Shown here piece after piece: positions 8,357-17,227 of a stretch of DNA of 20,708 nt; position 1 is the first letter of the stretch; every line of letters begins with the position of its first letter. A program made the translations under genes and the position numbers. The notes below the pieces were generated by a model. That model saw only the letters and a list, made by a program, of their open reading frames with translations, was not told the origin of the DNA and made no database searches. This stretch comes from a virus (taxonomy: Duplodnaviria; Heunggongvirae; Uroviricota; Caudoviricetes): IMG/VR virus record IMGVR_UViG_3300045988_020424; one strand, 5' to 3'.

Positions 8357-8820
8357 TATTTTCTCTCCATGTGAAATCTGTGGAAATTAAGACCAAGAGC
8401 ACCATAAGGCGCGGCTTCTTCAAGCCTGAATCCAAGCCAGTGCAGCCATGCTTTGGCAACATGGTTTCGCTCGTCGACATAGTTTTCCAGGCGCGGATAA
8501 ACTGCCAGCATCTGCTGCAATACAGGGCGGCAGTGGCGAAGAAATGTCTTCTGATATTTTTCGATACGGCTGGTTCCGACCAGCCAGGGCGTACCATTGC
8601 CACCGATCATTGACGCCGGAGATACGCCAAACATGGTTACCAGTTCTCCGTTCGCAAATCCTGACCAGGCCATAGTCGCAGTACGCAGACCAACACGCAG
8701 CGCATCTTCGGTAGTCATCAGTGATACCGCATACAGTTCGTCAATATCAGCCTGACGAACATCCGGCAAAATCATCTGAAGATGCTCTTCGGTTGCGGGA
8801 ATAATTTGAACATCTATCAT
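8356..8820 (-). CDS. Virion/tail-associated protein, 154 aa (position of T7 gp13-like protein)
   Basis: ATG at 8818-8820 overlaps the stop of the upstream 823-aa gene (ATGA). No confident domain assignment. Confidence 0.75.
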   Translation of the reverse strand: MIDVQIIPATEEHLQMILPDVRQADIDELYAVSLMTTEDALRVGLRTATMAWSGFANGELVTMFGVSPASMIGGNGTPWLVGTSRIEKYQKTFLRHCRPVLQQMLAVYPRLENYVDERNHVAKAWLHWLGFRLEEAAPYGALGLNFHRFHMERK

Positions 8821-11291
8821 CAGAATCCCCCAACAGTAAGGCGAGGAATAACGGCAAGAACAGACAGCGGCAACGGATCAAGCTGACGGATTTTTACACG
8901 TCCGTTTTTGCCCCAGTTACTGTCCAGTTTCACTTCTACTTTTCCGGTAGCATCATCAACAGGATCATCGTAGAACTCGAATTCACGCTGTGGATATTCG
9001 TACCATTTACCGCCAGGCGTAGTCGCCCAGATGCCGCGGCTGGCATTCACAACCAGAGTAACGGAGGGGATCACCTGTTTTTTGTCCAGCAGCGTTTCCT
9101 GTCCGTTAATGTTGATATCCAGTGTTTCGAATTCAGCAGTTATTGGCAGGCCGATGTGCACTACAGCCCCCGGAGATTCCAGTGTGACGGCACCTCCGGA
9201 AACAACTTTCTGTGGCTCAACATTCGCATCAGAAAGAATGTTTACGGTCTGTCCTTCAAGATGAGACAGGCCTCCAAATGTCCGGCGCGCCATCTGCCAG
9301 TTCGTGGTGGCCGTATTCCTGAGGGATGGCGGGACGTTCCTGTTGGCACGAACCACTACAGCGGTATTGCTGGTTACAGAAATAATGTCGCAACGTAATT
9401 CTTTTGACACTTCATCGCCAGTATCAGGATCAGTTCCGGTATAAGGGAACTGTAGTTGCGCACCGACATCACTACTGGTGAAGTACGCACCACCAGAAAC
9501 ACTGATTGTATATTCCGCGCGGTAATCCCATTCGCCAGAACCACCAGTGATTGTCATCGTTCTGTCAGACGTATTTCTTCCATCATAGCTAAGGCCAGAA
9601 TCAACAAAGAAAGCATCTTCATCGCTGGTAAATAAACGGCTGGACAGTCGCTCGATGTATCTCACTGTTTGCCCGTTAACGGTTCGGTTAATGACGAAAT
9701 ACACCGCATCTTCATTGCCTTCGCTGATACTGCATGTGCTTTCATATTTTCCGGTACTGGACTGTGGTGCCCATGCAAAAACCTGTTGATCACGCAAATA
9801 GGTCATCACCAGTAATTTACCGTCATCACGAATGCAGAAGGCGCTGGAGTAAGGGACAATAGAGAAGCACCAGTCAACAATGCTGTGCTTCTGAAAAAGA
9901 TGATTGGCAAGGATAGTAAGGTCGTTCCCCTGATAGCCGTCAACATCGAATGAGTAGGCCAGATCACGGACAACACTGCCTTTCTCCTGGACGAACAGAG
10001 CAATATTCGCCACGGCAATTGGTGGGACATTGCTCGAGCCATTTGATCCCTGAGAGCTGAATGCAAATGATGATGGGGTTAACACTTTGTTCTGGTCGCC
10101 GGTGATGACGTACTCACCTCCGGAAGTCAGCGCCACCAGCGAACCAACATCAATCAGGTGGCGGATCTCATTAACCTGACGCCCGGCATAGGTGTAGATA
10201 ATTCTATCGTCATCCTGCGTAGGATTGCTTTTGCCAAAATCCTTATAATCCCCAGTACGGCTGGCCCAGATAGTCTGAGGGAACGCAGTCGATGCGGCGA
10301 AGTAAAGACGCTGTTGATAATAAACAACAGTGCCAGGATAACCATTAACACTGTTCCAGGCATATTTAGCCCATTTATAGCTGGCATTATCCTCGCCAAC
10401 GACCTGCGAAGGGATATAGGAAATCACCTCAGCAGTTGCAGTAGTGCCATTTACAGCAGTTATACGGGCAATGCCAAAACCACTGTGCAGATACTCCCAC
10501 TCAATGCCAGTATCATCATCACCGGAGCCTCCCCAGCCATCCCATGATGTGCCTTCTGTATGCGAAGGGCGCAAAGTGCCTGTTTTGCCTGCTGTAACGG
10601 CGCGATAGTAGTTACTGTCTGCACGGCGAATATCGCCAATCGACGTACTCTTACTGGTTTCCCATACCGGTACTGAATCCACTGCTGGCTGTTCCAGATA
10701 GAACAATTTGCCTACCTGCTCCGCGCCAAAAATAGAGGCGCTTGCCGTTAACGTAATTGTCCCGGTGCTGGCGCTGGCATAAACCGTCACTGACTCGTCA
10801 ATATTGATATCTTCAAATGGCCCGTTCTTCGTTACCACATCAACCAGTTGCCAGTTGTCATGCGCATAGCGGCGCAACTCTTTCGGCGGGTATGCCGGAT
10901 GAACCAGCGTAAGCACGTCTGCGCTTTGCGTGAATTTAATTCTGAACAGATCGGCTTCAGTATATGGCGTGGCAATTTCATAAATAACATTGCTGCTGTT
11001 CAGCACCAACGCACCATCTTTGATAACGCGCATGTACTGGTGTCCGAACTCCAGAGCATAAGTCTGAACCGTCGAGAACTGGAACGGGATCAGGCGGCAT
11101 TTCCGATTTGGGTATTTGGCGGCACCGACAAAACGCGTACCAGGTCGACTCTCAACGCCGCCATACTGCCGCACGATAAAGTTATCGCACTTGCGCAATG
11201 CCACCTGGTACTTCGCCATGTCGATACGACCGTACAACGACGGTCCAATCTCACCACCGGCAAAGCTGGGCTGGATCCAACTGATAGCCAT
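8820..11291 (-). CDS. Tail tubular protein B-like (T7 gp12-like nozzle protein), 823 aa
   Basis: ATG at 11289-11291 overlaps the upstream stop (TGATG). N-terminus MAISWIQPSFAGGEIGPSLYGRIDMAKYQ resembles the T7 gp12 N-terminus as I recall it, and the gene follows a gp11-like gene. Confidence 0.8.
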   Translation of the reverse strand: MAISWIQPSFAGGEIGPSLYGRIDMAKYQVALRKCDNFIVRQYGGVESRPGTRFVGAAKYPNRKCRLIPFQFSTVQTYALEFGHQYMRVIKDGALVLNSSNVIYEIATPYTEADLFRIKFTQSADVLTLVHPAYPPKELRRYAHDNWQLVDVVTKNGPFEDINIDESVTVYASASTGTITLTASASIFGAEQVGKLFYLEQPAVDSVPVWETSKSTSIGDIRRADSNYYRAVTAGKTGTLRPSHTEGTSWDGWGGSGDDDTGIEWEYLHSGFGIARITAVNGTTATAEVISYIPSQVVGEDNASYKWAKYAWNSVNGYPGTVVYYQQRLYFAASTAFPQTIWASRTGDYKDFGKSNPTQDDDRIIYTYAGRQVNEIRHLIDVGSLVALTSGGEYVITGDQNKVLTPSSFAFSSQGSNGSSNVPPIAVANIALFVQEKGSVVRDLAYSFDVDGYQGNDLTILANHLFQKHSIVDWCFSIVPYSSAFCIRDDGKLLVMTYLRDQQVFAWAPQSSTGKYESTCSISEGNEDAVYFVINRTVNGQTVRYIERLSSRLFTSDEDAFFVDSGLSYDGRNTSDRTMTITGGSGEWDYRAEYTISVSGGAYFTSSDVGAQLQFPYTGTDPDTGDEVSKELRCDIISVTSNTAVVVRANRNVPPSLRNTATTNWQMARRTFGGLSHLEGQTVNILSDANVEPQKVVSGGAVTLESPGAVVHIGLPITAEFETLDININGQETLLDKKQVIPSVTLVVNASRGIWATTPGGKWYEYPQREFEFYDDPVDDATGKVEVKLDSNWGKNGRVKIRQLDPLPLSVLAVIPRLTVGGF

Positions 11292-11896
11292 CAGGACAAC
11301 CTCGCAATGGTAAACTCGTCAACCGGTGGCTGTGGTTCCTGTGATTCATTCTGGCTATGCGAGCCAGCACTAAGAATCACGCGATTGTACATATTGAGGG
11401 CAAACGTACCGAGGTCTGCATTCCCAGTCAGCGCCATGTTAATAGCTGCCGCAAGACGCCAGGCCAACGCCTCCATAAAAATGGCATCAAACATGTTCAC
11501 ATCTGTAACGCGAGAGACATACTTGAGCCATGCCTGAGGCTGGTCTGTGTAGATCAACTTTCCTGTTCCGTTGGTGTCTACACCTACTTCGTACTGAACG
11601 CGCATTGCTGCTGTTGGATTGCGTACACCAGGAAGCATAATTTCAGTAATGCGCAGACAATCGGACGGGTACTGATACGCATATTCCCAGTCAGGCGGTG
11701 GATTGCTCGTATCTGCAAGCGCCACGCGTTTGGTAGCAAAGTTCCAGTCAAAATCAGAAAGCACAGCATCACGGCAGGCCTCAAAGTGCAGCGAACATTC
11801 CCCCGCTTCCTTGCTGGCTTCCGTCAGGCTGTTAATGCTGCGGCTGTTGCCAATATTGGACAGCGCACGATTGCAGATCTCTACTACAGAGGCCAT
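11291..11896 (-). CDS. Tail tubular protein A-like (T7 gp11-like adaptor), 201 aa
   Basis: ATG at 11894-11896. Protein MASVVEICNRALSNIGNSRSINSL... is similar in size and N-terminal pattern to T7 gp11 (recalled from memory), and is followed immediately by the gp12-like gene. Confidence 0.75.
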   Translation of the reverse strand: MASVVEICNRALSNIGNSRSINSLTEASKEAGECSLHFEACRDAVLSDFDWNFATKRVALADTSNPPPDWEYAYQYPSDCLRITEIMLPGVRNPTAAMRVQYEVGVDTNGTGKLIYTDQPQAWLKYVSRVTDVNMFDAIFMEALAWRLAAAINMALTGNADLGTFALNMYNRVILSAGSHSQNESQEPQPPVDEFTIARLS

Positions 11897-11918
11897 AAGT
11901 TTCTATACTCCTGCAATA

Positions 11919-11936
11919 AAGGGGCCGAAGCCCCTT
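11919..11936 (-). other. GC-rich tetraloop hairpin between head-module and tail-module genes
   Basis: AAGGGGC-(CGAA/TTCG)-GCCCCTT, a perfect 7-bp stem. On the minus strand it is followed by TATTG and then the RBS of the gp11-like gene. Weak T-run, so more likely an attenuator or processing/stability element than a full terminator. Confidence 0.35.
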
Positions 11937-11952
11937 GTCTGATTCGCGAGGC

Positions 11953-12288
11953 TTACACGCCCAGTTCTTTACGCTTATCTGCGATCTTCTCGCGGAGCGT
12001 TTCGGCTTTGGCGTTATGGTGTGGCTTCTCGTTAAAGAGCAATTCGTACTCTTCACGGAGCTTATCCAGTTCACCATCATCTGACACATCGTTGATGATT
12101 TTGGTGCTGGTTGCTGCCATAGACACCTTTCCTGCAACTTTTGCTTTTGCCTGTCTGGCTGCATCGTTAACAGGTTCCAGTGCGCTACCAGGCTCACCTT
12201 CGTATTCGATTTCTGCCCCCTCCGGCCACAGTGTGTTATGGATATGAGAGAGGCGCAGAACGCGGTATCTTGGTTTCTCACCTGACAT
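11953..12288 (-). CDS. Small head/virion-associated protein, 111 aa
   Basis: Start re-placed to the ATG at 12286-12288 (MSGEKPRY...) with RBS AGGTGA and 5-nt spacer; the ORF-track start at 12297 is a GTG two codons upstream. Lies 10 nt after the stop of the 145-aa gene. Confidence 0.7.
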   Translation of the reverse strand: MSGEKPRYRVLRLSHIHNTLWPEGAEIEYEGEPGSALEPVNDAARQAKAKVAGKVSMAATSTKIINDVSDDGELDKLREEYELLFNEKPHHNAKAETLREKIADKRKELGV

Positions 12289-12298
12289 CGATATCACC

Positions 12299-12736
12299 TT
12301 AACCAGTTACTTTTGAGCGGATCGGGTACGGCGTATTGGCATCAGCATCCAGACTGATACCCGCAGTGAATTTGCCGGCCGTTAGTGGGCCAGTTGCGAC
12401 GGAGTAGTTAACACGCAGATATCGCTGAACACCGGCAGGCACCTTTGCAGAAACAACTCGTTTACCTGCTGTCAGGGTAGCCTTTGCCAGTGCGCCACTA
12501 TCATAAATAGTGGACCATGAGCTGTTATTCTCACTCGTCTGCAACTGGATGTTTACAGTTGCCTCACCACTTGCCGTGGCGGCTTCGTTAACCAGCACCC
12601 AAAACTCAAGCGGGTAACCCACACCGATATCGCGACGGTTTCCGTCAATTGGACCGAGATCGATTACGTCAGTAGAAGCCGCGGTATCAGTTACCGCCTG
12701 TGCTTCGGAGAACATCAACAGTTTGTCGGTGATCAT
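12299..12736 (-). CDS. Putative minor capsid / decoration protein, 145 aa
   Basis: ATG at 12734-12736 with RBS GGAG and 7-nt spacer. Lies directly downstream of the major capsid gene. Ser/Thr/Gly-rich, beta-rich-looking sequence. Confidence 0.75.
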   Translation of the reverse strand: MITDKLLMFSEAQAVTDTAASTDVIDLGPIDGNRRDIGVGYPLEFWVLVNEAATASGEATVNIQLQTSENNSSWSTIYDSGALAKATLTAGKRVVSAKVPAGVQRYLRVNYSVATGPLTAGKFTAGISLDADANTPYPIRSKVTG

Positions 12737-12751
12737 CTTCTTTCTCCATTA

Positions 12752-12771
12752 GTGGGCCTGTTGCGGCCCAC
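12752..12771 (-). other. Stem-loop immediately after the major capsid gene (candidate attenuator / mRNA stabiliser)
   Basis: GTGGGCC (12752-12758), loop TGTTGC, GGCCCAC (12765-12771). No T-run follows on the minus strand. Position is analogous to the T-phi terminator after T7 gene 10. Confidence 0.4.
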
Positions 12772-12787
12772 AGGTTAATAACAGGCG

Positions 12788-13780
12788 TTACACCACGCGG
12801 GCTTCTGTTTCCAGAAGTGCGTCAGTTTCGCGAATCGGCACACCACGAAGTGCTGTCCACCATTCGCCTTCTGTCTCTTTCACGCTGATCGCCAGAGAAC
12901 TCTTCTCCAGAGATTGCAGGTCAAGCACTTCGTTAATGGTTCTGTTCATGTAGAAAACAGGACGTCCCATCCCACGATTTGGGATTCGATGAAGGGCACG
13001 AATCATCAGTTTTGCGATATTCGCGGCAGTAGAAGGAGCGTCAAGATTACTGACATCAATGTTTGCGATACGAACTACATAGCGCCAGTCACGTAATGTC
13101 AGCCCGTTGTCCCACTTATAATGGGTACGATAACCTTCGTACTTGCCGCCATTAGCATCTTCCAGTGTCACCTGGCCTTTATCTTCCATCTGAATGCCAG
13201 CCTTCTGTCCTTTCGGGAAGATGCCATGCACGGTGTTTTCGCCCCACACCACTAACCAGATTGAAGTGTTATCTGTACCCGTGCCACCAGCATCAATGAT
13301 GTTCTGAGCATTACCCGCAGACAGGCTGGAATATCGGGAGGACAGTCCCATAAACTGCTGAGGGTTAACGCTGGAATCACCGTAAAACAGTGTCTGCGCC
13401 ATCGCCTGATTCATCGCTTCAATAAATGCTCGGTCTTCAGACAGACGGAATTCGGCAGTATTACCGTTCAGATCAGCCAGAGACTTATCGACTTCAGCAT
13501 AGGTTTCCAGCATGCCAATGGAATCGGTGACCTGCACTGTGGTTGATTTGCTTGGCTGTACGCCATAGTTCAGCAAACGCCAGGTAGCGGAAGGTAAACC
13601 AGAACGAATGGTGGTTCGGTGTCCGGTAGGAAGGTTTCCTTCAACAAAAGGCATATCCTGAAGAATTGGGTTAGTTTGATTGAGAAGCTCGATAATCTTA
13701 TCGACTTTCCCGTTTGGATCGACGCGCTTACCCCAGTCAGCCAGCGTTAGCGCAGTTAAGCCTTTAACAGCCATTGTCAT
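12788..13780 (-). CDS. Major capsid protein, 330 aa
   Basis: ATG at 13778-13780, 8 nt after the scaffold stop. Size and position (scaffold, then capsid, then a hairpin) fit a major capsid protein. The start could be the second ATG at 13772-13774. Confidence 0.85.
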   Translation of the reverse strand: MTMAVKGLTALTLADWGKRVDPNGKVDKIIELLNQTNPILQDMPFVEGNLPTGHRTTIRSGLPSATWRLLNYGVQPSKSTTVQVTDSIGMLETYAEVDKSLADLNGNTAEFRLSEDRAFIEAMNQAMAQTLFYGDSSVNPQQFMGLSSRYSSLSAGNAQNIIDAGGTGTDNTSIWLVVWGENTVHGIFPKGQKAGIQMEDKGQVTLEDANGGKYEGYRTHYKWDNGLTLRDWRYVVRIANIDVSNLDAPSTAANIAKLMIRALHRIPNRGMGRPVFYMNRTINEVLDLQSLEKSSLAISVKETEGEWWTALRGVPIRETDALLETEARVV

Positions 13781-13788
13781 TTCCTCTC

Positions 13789-14484
13789 TTATTTGCCATA
13801 GAGCACTTCGGCCGCACTACGCTGGCCTTCATTACCACCGGTGACCATGCCATCTTCAGACATCGCCTTTCCGATTTTCACGAACGTTTTGACCAGATCA
13901 GGGTGATTACCCAGCCCGGTGGTGTTCAGATATTCTTTGAGTTCAGGTGTCCCGAACTGGTCAAGCGCACGCTGTGCGGCGCTAAGGTTAGAAATCAACT
14001 TGTCGCCACCGATTTCTTTGTCGGCTTTTACATCCGCAGCCCACTGCTCGGTTGTTTTCTGCCAGGCTTCTGCCTGGCGCTGCTGAACACCTGCCAGAAT
14101 CTTCGGATAAGCATCAACCAGCTTTTGCGCTTGCTCGTTGGTCAGGTTTAGTTCTCGCGCCACCGGCTCGAATTCCTTCAACGCTTCTGTATCCAGCTCT
14201 ACGCCTTCGGCAGCCTGAAACTCGTACTTCTCAGGCGCACCCTCTGGTTTATCGCCGTCCTTTTTTTCATCCTGCTTATCGTTTTCAGGCTTTTTGTCAT
14301 CAGCAGGTTTATCGCCATCAGCAACAGGTTGTGGCTTATCACCTTCCGGTTGTGATGGATCACCAACTGGAGCAGGGTTATCACCTGCAGGCGCTGACGG
14401 TTCTGACGCAGCCGGAGCTGCTCCACCATCGACTGGTTGCTCATTGCAAAGACGGCGATACAGCAAACGCTCAAATAAATTCAT
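13789..14484 (-). CDS. Scaffolding protein, 231 aa, acidic with Pro/Asp/Lys-rich linker
   Basis: Start re-placed to the ATG at 14482-14484 with RBS AGGAG and 5-nt spacer; the ORF-track start at 14490 is a GTG two codons upstream. Highly acidic low-complexity middle region (DGDKPADDKKPENDKQDEKKDGDKPEG) and location directly upstream of the capsid gene. Confidence 0.75.
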   Translation of the reverse strand: MNLFERLLYRRLCNEQPVDGGAAPAASEPSAPAGDNPAPVGDPSQPEGDKPQPVADGDKPADDKKPENDKQDEKKDGDKPEGAPEKYEFQAAEGVELDTEALKEFEPVARELNLTNEQAQKLVDAYPKILAGVQQRQAEAWQKTTEQWAADVKADKEIGGDKLISNLSAAQRALDQFGTPELKEYLNTTGLGNHPDLVKTFVKIGKAMSEDGMVTGGNEGQRSAAEVLYGK

Positions 14485-14486
14485 GA

Positions 14487-14783
14487 TCACTCCTGTTCAC
14501 TGGCCTCTTTGGCCATCTTCAAATACTGTTCAGGGCAATGCGCCATAACGCGCTGAAACAGTTCCAGCGCCAGATTGCGTTGCCCCTCATTAAATGCCAT
14601 TGCCATAGCATCCATCGGAGAGATAGCGGAAAACACCCGGCCTTTCTCCAGCACCGACCAGACAACGCGACGCCCCTGTTCACTGCTCATGACAAAGCGA
14701 ATGTCATCAATTTCACGCTGTGCCATGTCACGTTGCTTACGGGCGTTTTCTTCTTTCAGTTGATCGTCTTCGTAATCTGTCAT
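14487..14783 (-). CDS. Hypothetical small protein (98 aa) between portal and scaffold
   Basis: ATG at 14781-14783 overlaps the portal stop (ATGA); its stop is 2 nt from the scaffold start. Charged, helical-looking sequence. Confidence 0.7.
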   Translation of the reverse strand: MTDYEDDQLKEENARKQRDMAQREIDDIRFVMSSEQGRRVVWSVLEKGRVFSAISPMDAMAMAFNEGQRNLALELFQRVMAHCPEQYLKMAKEASEQE

Positions 14784-16459
14784 TGTGATTGCCCACCCTG
14801 ACCACTAACTGCATTCGCCATAGCTGACAAAACACTCGGATCCGAAGTTTTAGCTTCGCTTAGCGTCTTGGCACCCTGTGCCGCCGCCATCCCCATCGCC
14901 ATCATTTGTTGCTGCTGTTGTTGCTGTGCCCGTTGCTGGCGAGCCTGCTCAACCTGTTCCTGCGGAACAATGACGGTTGGAGACACTCCGGACATATCAG
15001 CGAATGCATCGATCGCCTGATCAACGTTGAGTTTGTCGAGAGCTTCTGGTTTCGCTTGCGCAAGTTGACCAATGAAGTTAACCGTGGACGCCAGACTGGA
15101 CAGGCCGATAGACTTCTGCGCCTGAGCCATGACGGAAATGTATTCGACCTTCAGGGGCATACCTTCCATCACGTCTGGCGGTGGCGGCAGCATGTTTTTA
15201 CGCACCATCATCGAGAAAGAGCGGTCAATGAGAGGATTAAGACATTCGTCGTTCAGGCGCTCCAGAACCGGCCCCAACATCAGAAGTTTTTCTTCTTTCA
15301 TTTCGATCACCGCTTCCACAGGCATCGAGCGGGTATTGATGTTCTGCAACATCATGAACAGATCGACAAAGTAGGCGCTGTTAATGATTTGACGAGTGTC
15401 CTGAATGTCTGCCACCAAATCTGCTGTACTGGGGTTAACCAGATAAGCAGGCCTGAAACCATCCTGACCAGTAATCTGATCGATATACGTGATGTCGCCA
15501 GGAAGAAGGGAGGCGCGCTGATTCTTGAGGGAAGTCGGAGCAACCATCGGCGGATTGGTGGCTTTATCAATCAACTGCGACTTGCGCTTCTGGAGAAGCT
15601 GCAATGCCTTAACAGGTCCAAGCGCCAGCATACCCGGGCATGATGATCCATAAACATCTTCGCCGTTAACTTCCCAGCGCGGAGCCATAATTGGAAACTC
15701 ATCGAATCCGGACTCACGCAACAACTTGTCGTTATCGCCACCAACCTCGTAATAAACCGATTTGAATGGCTTGTTCTTGCTATCCAGCTTCGATGTATCG
15801 CGGTCAATGTTCGGGTAAACCGAATGCATCACTTCAATCCACTTCTCGTAGGTGCCGCTTTCCCACATGCTTTTTACGGATTCGCTGACGTTATTTAGCC
15901 CGAACTCCTGAACAAGCTGACGAACAGTCATAGAGAACTTGCGAAAACAGGTGTCCACACTGCCACGAGGTGAGTTAGCCAGGTAGTAACTGCCTATCGG
16001 GAATGGCATTGTGCGAATGATGTCCTCGTCATCCTCCAGCACCGCCATTGCACCAGTGCTGTATGTGCCGAGGCTTCCGTATAACTGCGGAAGAGACTGG
16101 TAGAGATTCGACTTATTGAACATATCGTTCATGCGGTTCTGCACCGCCTCGAGCCACAACTTAACAGGACCATAATCCATCATTTCAGGATCTGGCGTAG
16201 CCAGGCGAAACCACGGACGCGCAGGGCTTGTGATGCCTGACATCATGCCGCTGGCGAGAGTGCGCGCCGCCATAGTCCCGGTCGAATCAATAATGCGTGT
16301 ATTGCGTCGATCGTTACGGTTGACTTCAGAAGTCAGAAAGCGGGAACCACGCGGGTTGATGTAATCACTCAACTCGCGCCAGTGCGGCTCGAACGACTGA
16401 CGCTCGCTTTCAAGTTGTGCGAACTGTTTGTTCAATCGCTCTTTAGTTGTTTCCGCCAT
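14780..16459 (-). CDS. Portal (head-to-tail connector) protein, 559 aa
   Basis: ATG at 16457-16459 with RBS GGAG and 8-nt spacer. Size, Gln-rich C-terminus and position between terminase and scaffold/capsid fit a podovirus portal. Confidence 0.9.
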   Translation of the reverse strand: MAETTKERLNKQFAQLESERQSFEPHWRELSDYINPRGSRFLTSEVNRNDRRNTRIIDSTGTMAARTLASGMMSGITSPARPWFRLATPDPEMMDYGPVKLWLEAVQNRMNDMFNKSNLYQSLPQLYGSLGTYSTGAMAVLEDDEDIIRTMPFPIGSYYLANSPRGSVDTCFRKFSMTVRQLVQEFGLNNVSESVKSMWESGTYEKWIEVMHSVYPNIDRDTSKLDSKNKPFKSVYYEVGGDNDKLLRESGFDEFPIMAPRWEVNGEDVYGSSCPGMLALGPVKALQLLQKRKSQLIDKATNPPMVAPTSLKNQRASLLPGDITYIDQITGQDGFRPAYLVNPSTADLVADIQDTRQIINSAYFVDLFMMLQNINTRSMPVEAVIEMKEEKLLMLGPVLERLNDECLNPLIDRSFSMMVRKNMLPPPPDVMEGMPLKVEYISVMAQAQKSIGLSSLASTVNFIGQLAQAKPEALDKLNVDQAIDAFADMSGVSPTVIVPQEQVEQARQQRAQQQQQQQMMAMGMAAAQGAKTLSEAKTSDPSVLSAMANAVSGQGGQSQ

Positions 16460-16473
16460 TTCAATGACTCCGG

Positions 16474-16680
16474 TTACTGACCAAGCAGCGTTTTACCGCT
16501 GGTATTAGCGGTTGATGTGTCGCCCTGAGAACCGGTAAGCAGCGTAGAACTACGACCAGCAGCAGCGCGACGGCGACGTGTTTCTTCGTCGCGGGCATCA
16601 ACAACGGCGGCATCCTGCTCCTGTGGTGCTGCCTGAACTTCTGGTGTTGCAGGCACTGATGGTGAGCTACCCATGCACAT
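16474..16680 (-). CDS. Hypothetical low-complexity protein, 68 aa, upstream of and coupled to portal
   Basis: ATG at 16678-16680 preceded by CGGAGTCATTGAT, nearly identical to the portal initiation region. Its stop (16474-16476) overlaps the portal RBS. Preferred over the overlapping 79-aa frame (16461-16700). Composition is disordered-looking. Confidence 0.45.
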   Translation of the reverse strand: MCMGSSPSVPATPEVQAAPQEQDAAVVDARDEETRRRRAAAGRSSTLLTGSQGDTSTANTSGKTLLGQ

Positions 16681-17107
16681 ATCAATGACTCCGTACGCAA
16701 TTAAATTATTACCAATTTAACCACATATGATTTATTTATCGTAGAAGGTTGACATTTAACGCGTTAATTATTACCTTTCAGGTAACCAAAGGGCTCATTC
16801 TGGTTACTAACCTGACTGGCTTGTCGTTAAATTAAACAGGTGGAGTGAGCTTTTATTTTGAGCAGTACGGCGTATGGCACATGCGCCGATAGCGGTCTGG
16901 ATACGTTTAAGGGGCACCCTCCCTGGCTGTGGCAAACGAACCAGGTAGCCGGAATGTGCAAGTCGAGCGGTTTTATTCCGCGCACGGGGATTCACCATCC
17001 CGGCGATTCGGTGTGACGCCTCGGAAGAGACGAGGGTACAACGATGAGAGCATTTATGGAGCCGCGACAAAGTGTGGCGCCTTAACAGGCTAAGTGCTCT
17101 CAGCGTT

Positions 17108-17184
17108 GTGGCATTAGCTCAGTTGGACAGAGCAACCGCCTTCTAAGCGGTTGGTCGCAGGTTCGAATCCTGCATGCCACGCCA
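17108..17184 (+). tRNA. tRNA-Arg (anticodon TCT, reads AGA), 77 nt with encoded CCA
   Basis: Manual fold: acceptor GTGGCAT/ATGCCAC, D-stem GCTC/GAGC, anticodon stem ACCGC/GCGGT, loop CTTCTAA (U33, anticodon TCT, A37), variable loop TGGTC, T-stem GCAGG/CCTGC, T-loop TTCGAAT, discriminator G, CCA. D-arm and T-arm match E. coli argU as I recall it, with different acceptor and anticodon stems. Confidence 0.9.
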
Positions 17185-17227
17185 GAATCACGCCTAAGGA
17201 CCGTGATGCCAGAAGTTCCAGGTGCTT

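Noticed and set aside
1432-16459. Numerous 60-300-aa ORFs on the plus strand or in alternative minus frames inside the large structural genes (for example 2007-2468, 3759-4139, 4275-4751, 7140-7757, 10848-11537, 11357-12247, 14906-15643)
   Set aside because: All are nested inside or antisense to long, tightly coupled minus-strand genes, lack RBS, and have Arg/Ser/Leu/Cys-rich shadow-frame composition.
16461-16700. 79-aa ORF overlapping the 68-aa ORF in another frame
   Set aside because: Only one frame can reasonably be coding. The 68-aa frame has an RBS nearly identical to the portal RBS and a stop coupled to the portal start; the 79-aa frame has neither.
16749-16777. TTGACA at 16749-16754 as the promoter for the tRNA and moron
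   Set aside because: No acceptable -10 hexamer lies 15-19 bp downstream (best candidates TACCTT and TTACCT), so it is mentioned only as a weak possibility inside the non-coding-region finding.
17108-17184. tRNA as a prophage attachment site (attL/attR) or host chromosome boundary
   Set aside because: Phage packaging genes lie on one side and portal and head genes on the other, so the tRNA is internal cargo. Its acceptor and anticodon stems also differ from the host argU as I recall it.
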